Source of the DNA: a virus
Lineage: Duplodnaviria; Caudoviricetes
DNA: 64,000 bases
Virus record (IMG/VR): IMGVR_UViG_3300026159_000398
Strand: one strand, 5' to 3'
The notes beneath the pieces were generated by a model that was not told where the DNA came from, did no database searches, and saw nothing but the letters and a program-made list of their open reading frames with translations. The first letter of the stretch is position 1, and the number at the start of each line of letters is the position of its first letter. Positions 38,090 to 46,867 of the stretch are shown piece after piece. Made by a program: the position numbers and the translations under genes.

Positions 38090-38493
38090 TAAATGAATCC
38101 TAGTACATGCAGAACCACCAGAAGATCGACGCAATTCTTTTCTTTCATTACATCGACCATTTTTTCTGTAATATCTTCTATTTCATGAAGATAAAGAAGA
38201 GTGTTCAATTCATTGATATATAAAATTTTGAGGCAGCGATCATCAAAATCTTGAGGGTCCATTGAATTACACTTGAACATTGCATCAAGTGTACTAACGA
38301 ATTCCTCGTGTTTTTCTACCAACCACTCTCCAAGTTGTTGGTCGTTCATTGATTTGACTTTCTGCTTATTTGCCTCTAATTCAGTTACCGCTGCTTTTTG
38401 TGCGCGATTAAAATTTTCTATTTCCTTTATTTCTTTTTCGATATCTTCTCGAGCTTCTCTCAAATATTCGTCATTGCTCTTTAATTTGTCCAT
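38089..38493 (-). CDS. hypothetical protein
   Basis: 134-aa ORF in the gene chain. Confidence 0.6.
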   Translation of the reverse strand: MDKLKSNDEYLREAREDIEKEIKEIENFNRAQKAAVTELEANKQKVKSMNDQQLGEWLVEKHEEFVSTLDAMFKCNSMDPQDFDDRCLKILYINELNTLLYLHEIEDITEKMVDVMKEKNCVDLLVVLHVLGFI

Positions 38494-38496
38494 ATA

Positions 38497-39255
38497 CTAA
38501 TCCACGATAGATTTTGGTACAGCCTTCTTAGCAGTCTCAAAATTGTCATCAAGAAGAACTTGTCCAACTGGGCTCAAATGAACTCCTTCTGCTGTGACCC
38601 AAGATTTTGGCATGAGACCCCATTTTCCTGCGAAACCTTTAAACATTGGTAGAAACACGCTGTTCGAATCTTTCACAACCCATTTGTAAATAGCAGCCTC
38701 AAATTCAAGACTATGCGCTGTTGCATACATAGTAACAACTGGAGGAAGTCCATAAACAATGAGTTTGGCTTGTGGCCACATTATACGCAATCCATCAAGA
38801 CACTCAATAGACTTGGCAATAACACTATTTATTTCTTGCCATTGAAGGAGCGGATTTCCTCCAAGCGTTCCAATCATAATATATTTTGGATTAAGTTTTT
38901 TTGCATCAAGAACTGGCTTCAGAGTCATAGCCATTTTAAGCATGTGAAAGTGGTGAAAACCACCCACAGAGAACGGCAGATTTATTGATTGCCAACGATC
39001 ATGCCACATATCAACAATGGAGTCACCAAAGTTGATGGAAAGATTGTCCTTAGGACCTTCATACGCAAGGATGTCTTTGACAAATCCTCTAGCACGAGTT
39101 TCGAAAGATGGGTGATCAAGATATGGACCAACCATAGGCTTCATTGTCAAAGTCATGAGTTTATCCATTTCTTTGACCTTCTTCATTTCGTCATTATATT
39201 TGCCTTTGAGAAACGCAGTTTCAACATACGCTCCCATCAATCTTGCTGACATCAT
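38497..39255 (-). CDS. SGNH/GDSL hydrolase
   Basis: FGDS block I, GGN block III, EGVHLS block V. Confidence 0.75.
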   Translation of the reverse strand: MMSARLMGAYVETAFLKGKYNDEMKKVKEMDKLMTLTMKPMVGPYLDHPSFETRARGFVKDILAYEGPKDNLSINFGDSIVDMWHDRWQSINLPFSVGGFHHFHMLKMAMTLKPVLDAKKLNPKYIMIGTLGGNPLLQWQEINSVIAKSIECLDGLRIMWPQAKLIVYGLPPVVTMYATAHSLEFEAAIYKWVVKDSNSVFLPMFKGFAGKWGLMPKSWVTAEGVHLSPVGQVLLDDNFETAKKAVPKSIVD

Positions 39256-39266
39256 GATATTTCTCC

Positions 39267-39650
39267 TTATGGTGCAGGGTCAGGTACTACAGGGGGTTCT
39301 TCTTCGTCAAAAAGATTTCTGACTTGAATATCTACTGGCTCAGTGTAAAGAATTTTTGTTGGAGTAGTGACATCATCGACAATTTTGCCGTGGAATGAAT
39401 AAACCCCGGGGTCATCGAAGTCACCTTCTTCACTTGTATAAGTAATGATATTGTGTCCTGTTCCAGTAATGGAAGCAGTAACTTCACTAGTGGTTTTATC
39501 GGGTTTTTGAATGATAATAGTTGCGGCGCCAGTCAATCCAATCAATGTTTCAAGATCAACTGGAAGATATTGATAATCCACGACTACAAGGTCAACTGTG
39601 ACTCCAATCGAACCAACATAAATTCTCTGTTCTACAGATTGTATTTGCAT
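39267..39650 (-). CDS. virion Ig-like (BppU-like) protein
   Basis: IQKPD...YT...GDFDDPGVY. Confidence 0.6.
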   Translation of the reverse strand: MQIQSVEQRIYVGSIGVTVDLVVVDYQYLPVDLETLIGLTGAATIIIQKPDKTTSEVTASITGTGHNIITYTSEEGDFDDPGVYSFHGKIVDDVTTPTKILYTEPVDIQVRNLFDEEEPPVVPDPAP

Positions 39651-39652
39651 AG

Positions 39653-39778
39653 TTAACCTTTCAGTCGTGTAATCATTCTAACGTGATACGTGCTAAAGAC
39701 TCGAAATGTTACGCCTTTATTAATTCGTGAATTAGCACGTATCAGGTTAGTTAAGAAAATTCTAAATTGATTTATCAT
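39653..39778 (-). CDS. possible 41-aa basic peptide (not in ORF track) containing a long inverted repeat
   Basis: MINQFRIFLTNLIRANSRINKGVTFRVFSTYHVRMITRLKG fills the intergenic gap. Confidence 0.4.
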   Translation of the reverse strand: MINQFRIFLTNLIRANSRINKGVTFRVFSTYHVRMITRLKG

Positions 39779-39808
39779 AATAAGATATATTTTTGTTTAG
39801 AATTAACT

Positions 39809-40024
39809 TTATGATAAAAATTCTCGCAATTCCATCAAATTTTTATCAAAACGACTACATGGGTCATTCATGTATTTGATTCTCCAGCCGGCTAGATCGA
39901 CATCACTTTCAAAGATAAAATGACCATCTTTGTGATCTATAAATTTGGTGGCCCCATTTGCATCCAATTCTGAGCAAGTTTTTATAAATGCCGCCAGACC
40001 GAGTTTTTTGACTTTCAGTGTCAT
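39809..40024 (-). CDS. hypothetical protein
   Basis: 71-aa ORF. Confidence 0.6.
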   Translation of the reverse strand: MTLKVKKLGLAAFIKTCSELDANGATKFIDHKDGHFIFESDVDLAGWRIKYMNDPCSRFDKNLMELREFLS

Positions 40025-40027
40025 TTC

Positions 40028-40549
40028 TTACTTCTCTTCGATGAGTTCATACAGAACATTCATCAATTCTGGAGTAATAAGACCAGTGTCTGGGAGCCAC
40101 TCAAGCTTGATCTTATAGAGATTGTCGATTGCAATTTCTTTTGAAAGAACTTGACGTTCTTTGAGAATTTGCTCCTTTCTAAATTCAAAAACATCATTAA
40201 ATTCTTTTGAAAGTTCTTGAATTTTTTCGTTGAACTCGTCGCGCTTGTCAACAAAAATCTTAAAGTTGTTGTTCTCGATGACTGCTTTTCCGTCGGCGTC
40301 TTTTTCGGAAAACTCAGTGCATATTTCCATACGCTTTGCTTCGTATGCAGCATTTCTGTCTTCGAGTTCTTTTGAGGGTTTTGTTTCTGCTAAGAGTTGT
40401 TCGCGGAGACGATTGATTTCAGGCTCAATTATGTCTTTATTGCGCTTAAGCGCATAAAGAAGCTTGGAATTAATCGTCGTTTCTTGTGATTGCTGATAAA
40501 AAATAACATTCAGCAAATTGTTGAGTTGAAATAACTGTTCGTTTATCAT
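40028..40549 (-). CDS. helical hypothetical protein
   Basis: AGGAG RBS; 173 aa. Confidence 0.65.
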   Translation of the reverse strand: MINEQLFQLNNLLNVIFYQQSQETTINSKLLYALKRNKDIIEPEINRLREQLLAETKPSKELEDRNAAYEAKRMEICTEFSEKDADGKAVIENNNFKIFVDKRDEFNEKIQELSKEFNDVFEFRKEQILKERQVLSKEIAIDNLYKIKLEWLPDTGLITPELMNVLYELIEEK

Positions 40550-40601
40550 TACTCTCTCCTACATTTTAAATGTTAAATAATTATATTACGCTCTGCATAA
40601 A

Positions 40602-40627
40602 AAAACGAGAACCGAAGTTCTCGTTTT
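40602..40627 (-). terminator. intrinsic terminator
   Basis: AAAACGAGAAC-TTCG-GTTCTCGTTTT (minus strand) with a T-tract. Confidence 0.85.
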
Positions 40628-40643
40628 AAATAAGTGTGTACAC

Positions 40644-40769
40644 TTATTTCTTTGGTTCTTTTGGTGGAAGAACTGGATTGCCAGTGTTGCTTGATCCGCC
40701 GCTGCCAGAACCTTTAGTAGCAGTTGTGCCACCAAGATGGCCGTGAAGATCTCCTAATTGTTTACCCAT
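40644..40769 (-). CDS. 41-aa Gly/Ser/Thr-rich peptide (not in ORF track)
   Basis: MGKQLGDLHGHLGGTTATKGSGSGGSSNTGNPVLPPKEPKK; AGGAGG SD and a downstream terminator. Confidence 0.7.
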   Translation of the reverse strand: MGKQLGDLHGHLGGTTATKGSGSGGSSNTGNPVLPPKEPKK

Positions 40770-40798
40770 TTCTAGGCCTCCTAATATATTTTGTAAGC

Positions 40799-41602
40799 TT
40801 ACACGATATCGTCTTTTCTGTTAGATGGCATTAAACATGAAATGCCAATTGATTGTTTGATGACTCTTTCGATTCTTTCATCAATTTCCATTGCTTTAAG
40901 ATTAGTTTCAATCGCGACATCCCTTGCATTAGCAAAAATGTCTTCAAATATATCTTTTATTTTATGATCAACATCATGGAAGGTATTTTTAAGTTCATCC
41001 AATGAAATAAAAGAATCATAAAAATAATTATCTGAAATGTATTCCAGAAATTGAGAAACAATATAATTAAATTTTTCGTCGCAATAATCATCAAATTCAC
41101 GTTCGTTCATTCTTTCGAATCCATTATCTATGAACGCTGAACGTAAAGTTGTTCTTATGTTATTTTGAACATCCTTCAATATCAATCTATATATCTGGAC
41201 ACTTTTATCATCTGGTAAACTATCACCTTTCTTCTTGTTGTAAAGATCAATGTAGTTTTTTAATAACATTGAACGAATTTGTTCAACTTTTTGGTCAGCA
41301 TAATTCATCTGACTTTTTGTTTTTGCTTTCTCTATTAAATGGAATCTCTCATTTGTCAATCGTACCACTTCATTCATCATTATCAAAACGTCCTTGACGT
41401 TTGGACATTCTGAGTGAGGGTTAATTGATGTCTTTTTTTTACCCTTAGAAGAACCAATATGAACTCCATAACCGTCTTTTCCTTTTGTGAAAGAAATTCC
41501 CTTGCGCATTGCAAGAATCGCTACCACCAGTACGCACACAAGAAATAGTACTACGAAAAAGACCTGAAAAGGAATTGCTAATGTTGATAACCAGGTGAAC
41601 AT
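40799..41602 (-). CDS. membrane-anchored protein (possibly lysis-related)
   Basis: Single N-terminal TM helix plus a soluble helical domain. Confidence 0.65.
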   Translation of the reverse strand: MFTWLSTLAIPFQVFFVVLFLVCVLVVAILAMRKGISFTKGKDGYGVHIGSSKGKKKTSINPHSECPNVKDVLIMMNEVVRLTNERFHLIEKAKTKSQMNYADQKVEQIRSMLLKNYIDLYNKKKGDSLPDDKSVQIYRLILKDVQNNIRTTLRSAFIDNGFERMNEREFDDYCDEKFNYIVSQFLEYISDNYFYDSFISLDELKNTFHDVDHKIKDIFEDIFANARDVAIETNLKAMEIDERIERVIKQSIGISCLMPSNRKDDIV

Positions 41603-41652
41603 AAATATATATTAAATGTCACCCGCAACATGGTTCAATTTTTTTTAATAAA

Positions 41653-41901
41653 TTATTTTGGACGCGGTTGCGCCATGTGCGCCACCGACATCATCGTGGA
41701 TATCATTTCCACTGGCGTGACGTTGCGTGTGATGACGCCGTTGTGTATTTTGCCAACAATATAAAAATCATTCAAGAATTCTTGATTAAATGGAATAATT
41801 CGTTCCACAATAATAGATACCTTTATCTCTGATTTTCCATCTTTAAGTTTCTCAAGAAGCTCATCACATGACTCTTGAACCATAGTCTGAAGTTCATTCA
41901 T
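41653..41901 (-). CDS. hypothetical protein, last gene of the rSAM/YcaO operon
   Basis: ATGA overlap with YcaO. Confidence 0.55.
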   Translation of the reverse strand: MNELQTMVQESCDELLEKLKDGKSEIKVSIIVERIIPFNQEFLNDFYIVGKIHNGVITRNVTPVEMISTMMSVAHMAQPRPK

Positions 41902-43229
41902 ATTTGTTCTCCAATTTCAATTCCAATTTTACTAAAATATTTATACCAACCATCAAGAGCCTCAAAACTTTCAATGGAATATGTCAACCAATCTTGTGTG
42001 TTTTTAGGGTCACCAACAAGATTAAATTGCATATGTGCCAATTCACTTATTCCTGGAATAATTATTCTTACTGTTGGAATTCCAATAAATGGTTGAGTAG
42101 CATCAATAACAATTAAATCAGTATTTAATTTTTGACATGAATTTACTAGAGATTGTATAAAACTATCAGTAGTTTTTTCAGGTGCTTTATACCCTTTAGA
42201 CATGGCCATAAATCTCTGAATATCTGTTAAATCACCCATGAAGCATTGGAAATTTGAACTCCAAAGATCTTTAGTTTTGCGCCATTCTTCACGAGGCAAC
42301 ACTCTATGATTTTGCATATCTACAACGTGGTTTTCCCAACCTTGAAAATATTCTGTAATACATCTCGTTGCCGCGATATTCATATTTGGAGATGCACCAA
42401 AAACAATTTGTCTTCTGCTAACTCGTGTTTCAGGTTCACGAATAGCTTCAAAAATACCAGCAATTACTGGAATAGTACCATTATCGGAATAATCTTTTAA
42501 AGTAACTTTTATTCCTTCTTTTTCAACATTCTCAATAAGTTGCTGAACAAAACTATCAAGACATCTCTTATCAAGTGTTGGAACTTCAATATTGCCAGCT
42601 AAAAGATTTCTTACAGCATAACGTTCAAAACATTCGCTGGCACCTTGAATAATAGCATCTTCAATATTTATGCCAGCAGAAAGTCCACTTGAACCGTTAA
42701 TAATAGACACCAATTGATACGGAACCATGACTTCTTCATTGGTCACAAGAGAAAAACCCTTTATCCAATGTTTAGCAACATTGGTGTTCTTTATTCTTTC
42801 TATATCGTCGTATGAATGTTGAATTTTTGAAAAAATAGATTCAACCGTTACTGGATTTCTTACTTCACTTTGATGCCCATAAAAATAAGCAGTCTGAAGA
42901 TGTTTTCCTCGTGAAGCGGCATGAAGCAGGAATGGAGTTAAATGCGTGGCGCGCATCGTGGTTCCAATTGATGTCTGAAGTCGTTCACATGCTTCTCCCA
43001 TAGCAGAAGCCAATGAAGATTCTGGTGTCGTTCCTTTGCCATTAACACCCATTCCCATTGATGGAAATTTAATAGAACAATAATACGTAGGAACATTTTG
43101 ATAACGAACAGGTTGCACTATCGTATAATCAATGCCAGATTTATCAAGTGCATCCTTCAAAATTATCAATGATTCTTCAATACCAACACTCTTATCAAAT
43201 TCATTCAACACTCTATTCACTAATTTCAT
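41898..43229 (-). CDS. ycaO: YcaO-family ATP-dependent backbone-modifying enzyme
   Basis: NGKG....S.ASAMGEACER, GSSGLSAG...EDAIIQG..ECFER, RCITEYFQG, IPTVRIIIPGISE. Confidence 0.88.
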   Translation of the reverse strand: MKLVNRVLNEFDKSVGIEESLIILKDALDKSGIDYTIVQPVRYQNVPTYYCSIKFPSMGMGVNGKGTTPESSLASAMGEACERLQTSIGTTMRATHLTPFLLHAASRGKHLQTAYFYGHQSEVRNPVTVESIFSKIQHSYDDIERIKNTNVAKHWIKGFSLVTNEEVMVPYQLVSIINGSSGLSAGINIEDAIIQGASECFERYAVRNLLAGNIEVPTLDKRCLDSFVQQLIENVEKEGIKVTLKDYSDNGTIPVIAGIFEAIREPETRVSRRQIVFGASPNMNIAATRCITEYFQGWENHVVDMQNHRVLPREEWRKTKDLWSSNFQCFMGDLTDIQRFMAMSKGYKAPEKTTDSFIQSLVNSCQKLNTDLIVIDATQPFIGIPTVRIIIPGISELAHMQFNLVGDPKNTQDWLTYSIESFEALDGWYKYFSKIGIEIGEQI

Positions 43230-43648
43230 TCAATATCCCACCCATTTTCTACAGGCAAATTGCCATTTATTTTTAAACATTCGATAATATATCTTTCAAT
43301 ATTTGAATCAACAGATTTGCAATTAGAATAAAACTTCTTATTTGGAACTTCTATTTTAGGAAGTTTTTCTTGAACACGCATCCATGTTGTTGGGTCATTG
43401 ATATTAAACAAAGAATCGTTTTTCATTAAATTTTCTACATTCTCTTTTGTATAAGCGAATGAAGGGTCAATCACGAAACTTAATGAATCATCAAGACGGA
43501 CTTCCATCAAATCGGTTTTTATTGTCTTATTATCATGGTACGTATGTGTCAAATACACTTTTACGTACTGAAGCGCATGATCAACCTCAAAACGAGTTAT
43601 TGAATATTCATCAATATTATTGGTGTTTGTTTTCTTTACGTATTTCAT
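43226..43648 (-). CDS. hypothetical protein in the rSAM/YcaO operon
   Basis: 140 aa, AAGGA RBS, ATGA overlap with YcaO. Confidence 0.65.
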   Translation of the reverse strand: MKYVKKTNTNNIDEYSITRFEVDHALQYVKVYLTHTYHDNKTIKTDLMEVRLDDSLSFVIDPSFAYTKENVENLMKNDSLFNINDPTTWMRVQEKLPKIEVPNKKFYSNCKSVDSNIERYIIECLKINGNLPVENGWDIE

Positions 43649-43660
43649 AAAATTTTCCTT

Positions 43661-44422
43661 TTAATAAGTTGAACCATGACATAAAACACAATTTATTGCA
43701 TATGAATAACAAGTGGTATTGCATGAACACGAGTGACCATGGCAAGTCGCCGCATCGCATGTTGTACATAATTCTGCTTGACAATGGCATATACCGTTGC
43801 AAGTACAAGTAATAGAGTAACAAGTATTGTTGCAACCACAAAAAGCAGTATAAGTATAAACACCGGCATTATGCCCAGTATTATAACATCCACAACGCCA
43901 ACCATATGTAGTATTATTACATGTGCATGTTTCAGTGTAACATGAGTTATAACAAGTGCAGTTATCACCAGTTGTGCAACTGTCTGCTGAAGTGTGGCAA
44001 TGCGTACACGTTGGCGCCGTATCTCCAGTGTGGCAAGCCCAACATTGTGCTTCAAGACTCAATAAATTGGTGCGAACTTCATTAGCAACACCGTATGCCA
44101 ATTTAGAATCATATTGTGTTACTGATGTCCATGAGAAATTTCCGCCAGTTCCAAGATACGTGTCTTTATAATTGTCTAGTGTGGTTCGAATGCTGTCCAA
44201 CAATGATTTAAGAACAACAGCATATTGTTTATCTGTAGTGCTTTCACCATAATTGCTTCCATACACATAACTAATTTTTTTATCAGCATGCATAGAAGCA
44301 TTATTATATTTCGTCCAATATGCTTTTATTCTATTGATGACACCTTGAACCCAATCGGCACCAACATAAGAATTATATTGTGAAACAGTATTTACTGTTG
44401 TATTGGCAGGGCAATCGCTCAT
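43661..44422 (-). CDS. Cys-rich repeat protein, candidate substrate of the rSAM and YcaO enzymes
   Basis: Residues 127-253 hold 27 Cys in CxC[NY]xx[CTG][YH] and CxxCH units. Confidence 0.8.
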   Translation of the reverse strand: MSDCPANTTVNTVSQYNSYVGADWVQGVINRIKAYWTKYNNASMHADKKISYVYGSNYGESTTDKQYAVVLKSLLDSIRTTLDNYKDTYLGTGGNFSWTSVTQYDSKLAYGVANEVRTNLLSLEAQCWACHTGDTAPTCTHCHTSADSCTTGDNCTCYNSCYTETCTCNNTTYGWRCGCYNTGHNAGVYTYTAFCGCNNTCYSITCTCNGICHCQAELCTTCDAATCHGHSCSCNTTCYSYAINCVLCHGSTY

Positions 44423-46059
44423 TATTTATTTTCCCAATATAAGAAGAACATTTCAGCTAAAGATTTTTTCTGCGAATCTTCAAGCTTAATCGTACTCAAT
44501 AATTGATCACGATTAAACGCACCCATATTGCAAATACACGCTTTCATATCTTGTGCATTGGTAATGTTTTTCATTTCTTGATCAACCATTGCTCTAATCA
44601 TCATCATCAATGACAATTGATCTTTCATTTCATCAGTAGCAAGACTGCCATAGAGTTGTCTTCTGACGATATCGTCAATCAAATCAGGAATGCTGGCGTA
44701 ATTAGACATATTACATGCACAATTCATAGCGGCGCCATCGCCATTAAAGGTGGAATAAAATCCTTTAACTCCTAACATACCACTATAATGATAAAGAACA
44801 CCAAATTTTATTGCATTCATAATTTCATAAAAAGCCAATTCATAAAGCAACATTTTAATTTTGCATATTTTTCCATCAATTGTGCCAGTCAATACTCCAT
44901 CATTATCATATTTAACTGCGTAACAACCACCAAGACATAACATTTCAATTGGACAATCTTTACAATGCATGAGTGGTGATTGAGCTCCAAGAAAAGTAGG
45001 AGTCTTAAGATCGTTTAATTCATAATACAATTCTTCATTGGTTATATTTTCAAAGATACTGCCAAGACAGAATTTCTTTTCGTGCCATTCGACATCAAGC
45101 GTATTGTGTTTGTTTGTTCTGTGACAAATATAAATGGCGCCTTCAACACTCACACCCATAAAATTACTGCCAGCTCCACAAGCTCTTCCACTTGGATTAT
45201 TTGGAGTAGGTTTACCTAAAATGCCCCTTTGTAAAACAAAACGACCATTGTCGTCAAGAAACTTAGAACCCAAGAAACGTTCCTTTTTTGCCAATAGTTG
45301 TATACGAAAATCTGCCAATTGCTCCAATTCTTTTTTATAATCTTGAAGATCTTGATCGGTCCAATCGGCATCATAATTTTCAGAAAAGAATATGCTGTCA
45401 AACCCCATCTCATAAAAGGTCTTAATGTTCTCAAACATTCCAATGATATTGCCTGGTGTTGGAGTCATTCGTATGCCAGGAAGGTGCTTGTTAAAATTTT
45501 TATACATTTTAACAACATCTTGCAGTCTCTTTTCAATTATAGGCCATGAAGAACTTCCATCAGGAAAAATACGTTCGCTGTTACGTTCTCCAATACCATC
45601 AATAGATAAAAGAAAATGTATATCTCGTGGAAGCAGCCATGCTAATTTATCTTCATTAAGTAATGTTACGTTGGTTGTTCCACCAAAACGAAATTTCTTT
45701 CCAACTTTATTTGCTTCTTCATCAGCATAAACAACTAATTGTTGAAGCAATTCAAACTTCATTAGTGGTTCACCACCCCAAAAATCAATTACAAGATGTG
45801 AATTCATAGCTTCTAAATCTTTTGGTGCTGGCCCAGATACATCATCACGCAAAAACCAATCAATGACCTGTTTGCCAGTTTCGAATGTTAAATCTTTTGA
45901 GGTGTCTTCTGTTTTGCAGGTATTCTGGTCGAATCCATGGTCGGCAAAACAATATTTGCAACGTAGTGTGCAACGTTCTGTGAGGTCTAAAGAAATAGTT
46001 TGAATTGGAGTTCCCAATTCAACTGGTGATTTGCCTTGTTTTAATTGCTGTGGTTTCAT
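44422..46059 (-). CDS. radical SAM / SPASM-domain peptide-modifying enzyme
   Basis: CTLRCKYC, WGGEPL, LSIDG, CGAG...G.IY.CHR, CKDC....LCLGGC...IC. Confidence 0.92.
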   Translation of the reverse strand: MKPQQLKQGKSPVELGTPIQTISLDLTERCTLRCKYCFADHGFDQNTCKTEDTSKDLTFETGKQVIDWFLRDDVSGPAPKDLEAMNSHLVIDFWGGEPLMKFELLQQLVVYADEEANKVGKKFRFGGTTNVTLLNEDKLAWLLPRDIHFLLSIDGIGERNSERIFPDGSSSWPIIEKRLQDVVKMYKNFNKHLPGIRMTPTPGNIIGMFENIKTFYEMGFDSIFFSENYDADWTDQDLQDYKKELEQLADFRIQLLAKKERFLGSKFLDDNGRFVLQRGILGKPTPNNPSGRACGAGSNFMGVSVEGAIYICHRTNKHNTLDVEWHEKKFCLGSIFENITNEELYYELNDLKTPTFLGAQSPLMHCKDCPIEMLCLGGCYAVKYDNDGVLTGTIDGKICKIKMLLYELAFYEIMNAIKFGVLYHYSGMLGVKGFYSTFNGDGAAMNCACNMSNYASIPDLIDDIVRRQLYGSLATDEMKDQLSLMMMIRAMVDQEMKNITNAQDMKACICNMGAFNRDQLLSTIKLEDSQKKSLAEMFFLYWENK

Positions 46060-46096
46060 ACTTACTCCTAATATTACTTAGGTAATTATATTATGT

Positions 46097-46864
46097 TTAT
46101 ACGAAAATTTTGAGATGATGTTCATGCTTCTCAATGATGACACCAATCAATTTGCTATATTCAATTTCATGTTGGAACATCTCAATACTATCTTTTAAAA
46201 TTCCATCACGAGTAAAATACAATCTTCTGCCTACATGGAATTTTTTGGTATCTTGAACATTGACATCCAATTGACCTTTCATACCAACAAATACTGGATG
46301 CTTGTATTTCTTATTGACTCCAACAATAAAGCCAGGATTCTTCGATACGACGCCTACAAACGCATCAGCAACTCCTTGCCATGCGGTTACTCTAAATGAA
46401 TGATGCATGATATCTACGAATGCCAGATCACCAGGTTTTAATGTGCCATCAGATGGAACTTGTTCAGCAATATCATTCCAAATAGCATTAAAGACGCGGC
46501 CAGAAATAAAGTTAGTTGAAGAGTTTATTGTACTAAAAGTTGATGGAATACCAGTTGAAGTGCCATATTCAAATAGACCCATAATATGGCTAGAAGAGTC
46601 TTGAATAGAAAGTTGTGGAGCTGTTCCACTTCCTTTGATAACACCGGTTGATAATAATAAATCTGAAGTAATAGGGCTGATGAATAATTCAGCACGAGTT
46701 ACGTACTTCTTTCTATTACTATCAGCACTATCTTCGATAAGAATATAATCAGCATCAATTGGTGTTGCTTTATGCGAAAGCGCAACAAATTCTCCTAGTG
46801 CTCCTTTTTGAAAGAAGACGCTAGGGTCGACTGTTGTGAAGAGTATGGCACTGGTATTTTCCAT
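46097..46864 (-). CDS. short tail-fibre-like protein with chaperone-like C-terminal domain
   Basis: VFNAIWNDIAE...GVVS.NPGF...VG.KG; shares the IEDSADS..KK.VTRA..F motif with the giant fibre. Confidence 0.6.
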   Translation of the reverse strand: MENTSAILFTTVDPSVFFQKGALGEFVALSHKATPIDADYILIEDSADSNRKKYVTRAELFISPITSDLLLSTGVIKGSGTAPQLSIQDSSSHIMGLFEYGTSTGIPSTFSTINSSTNFISGRVFNAIWNDIAEQVPSDGTLKPGDLAFVDIMHHSFRVTAWQGVADAFVGVVSKNPGFIVGVNKKYKHPVFVGMKGQLDVNVQDTKKFHVGRRLYFTRDGILKDSIEMFQHEIEYSKLIGVIIEKHEHHLKIFV

Positions 46865-46867
46865 AAA

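Noticed and set aside
43617-44171. Alternative-frame ORFs over the Cys-rich gene
   Set aside because: They are by-products of the low-complexity Cys/Thr/Tyr codon pattern; the 253-aa frame is the translationally coupled one.
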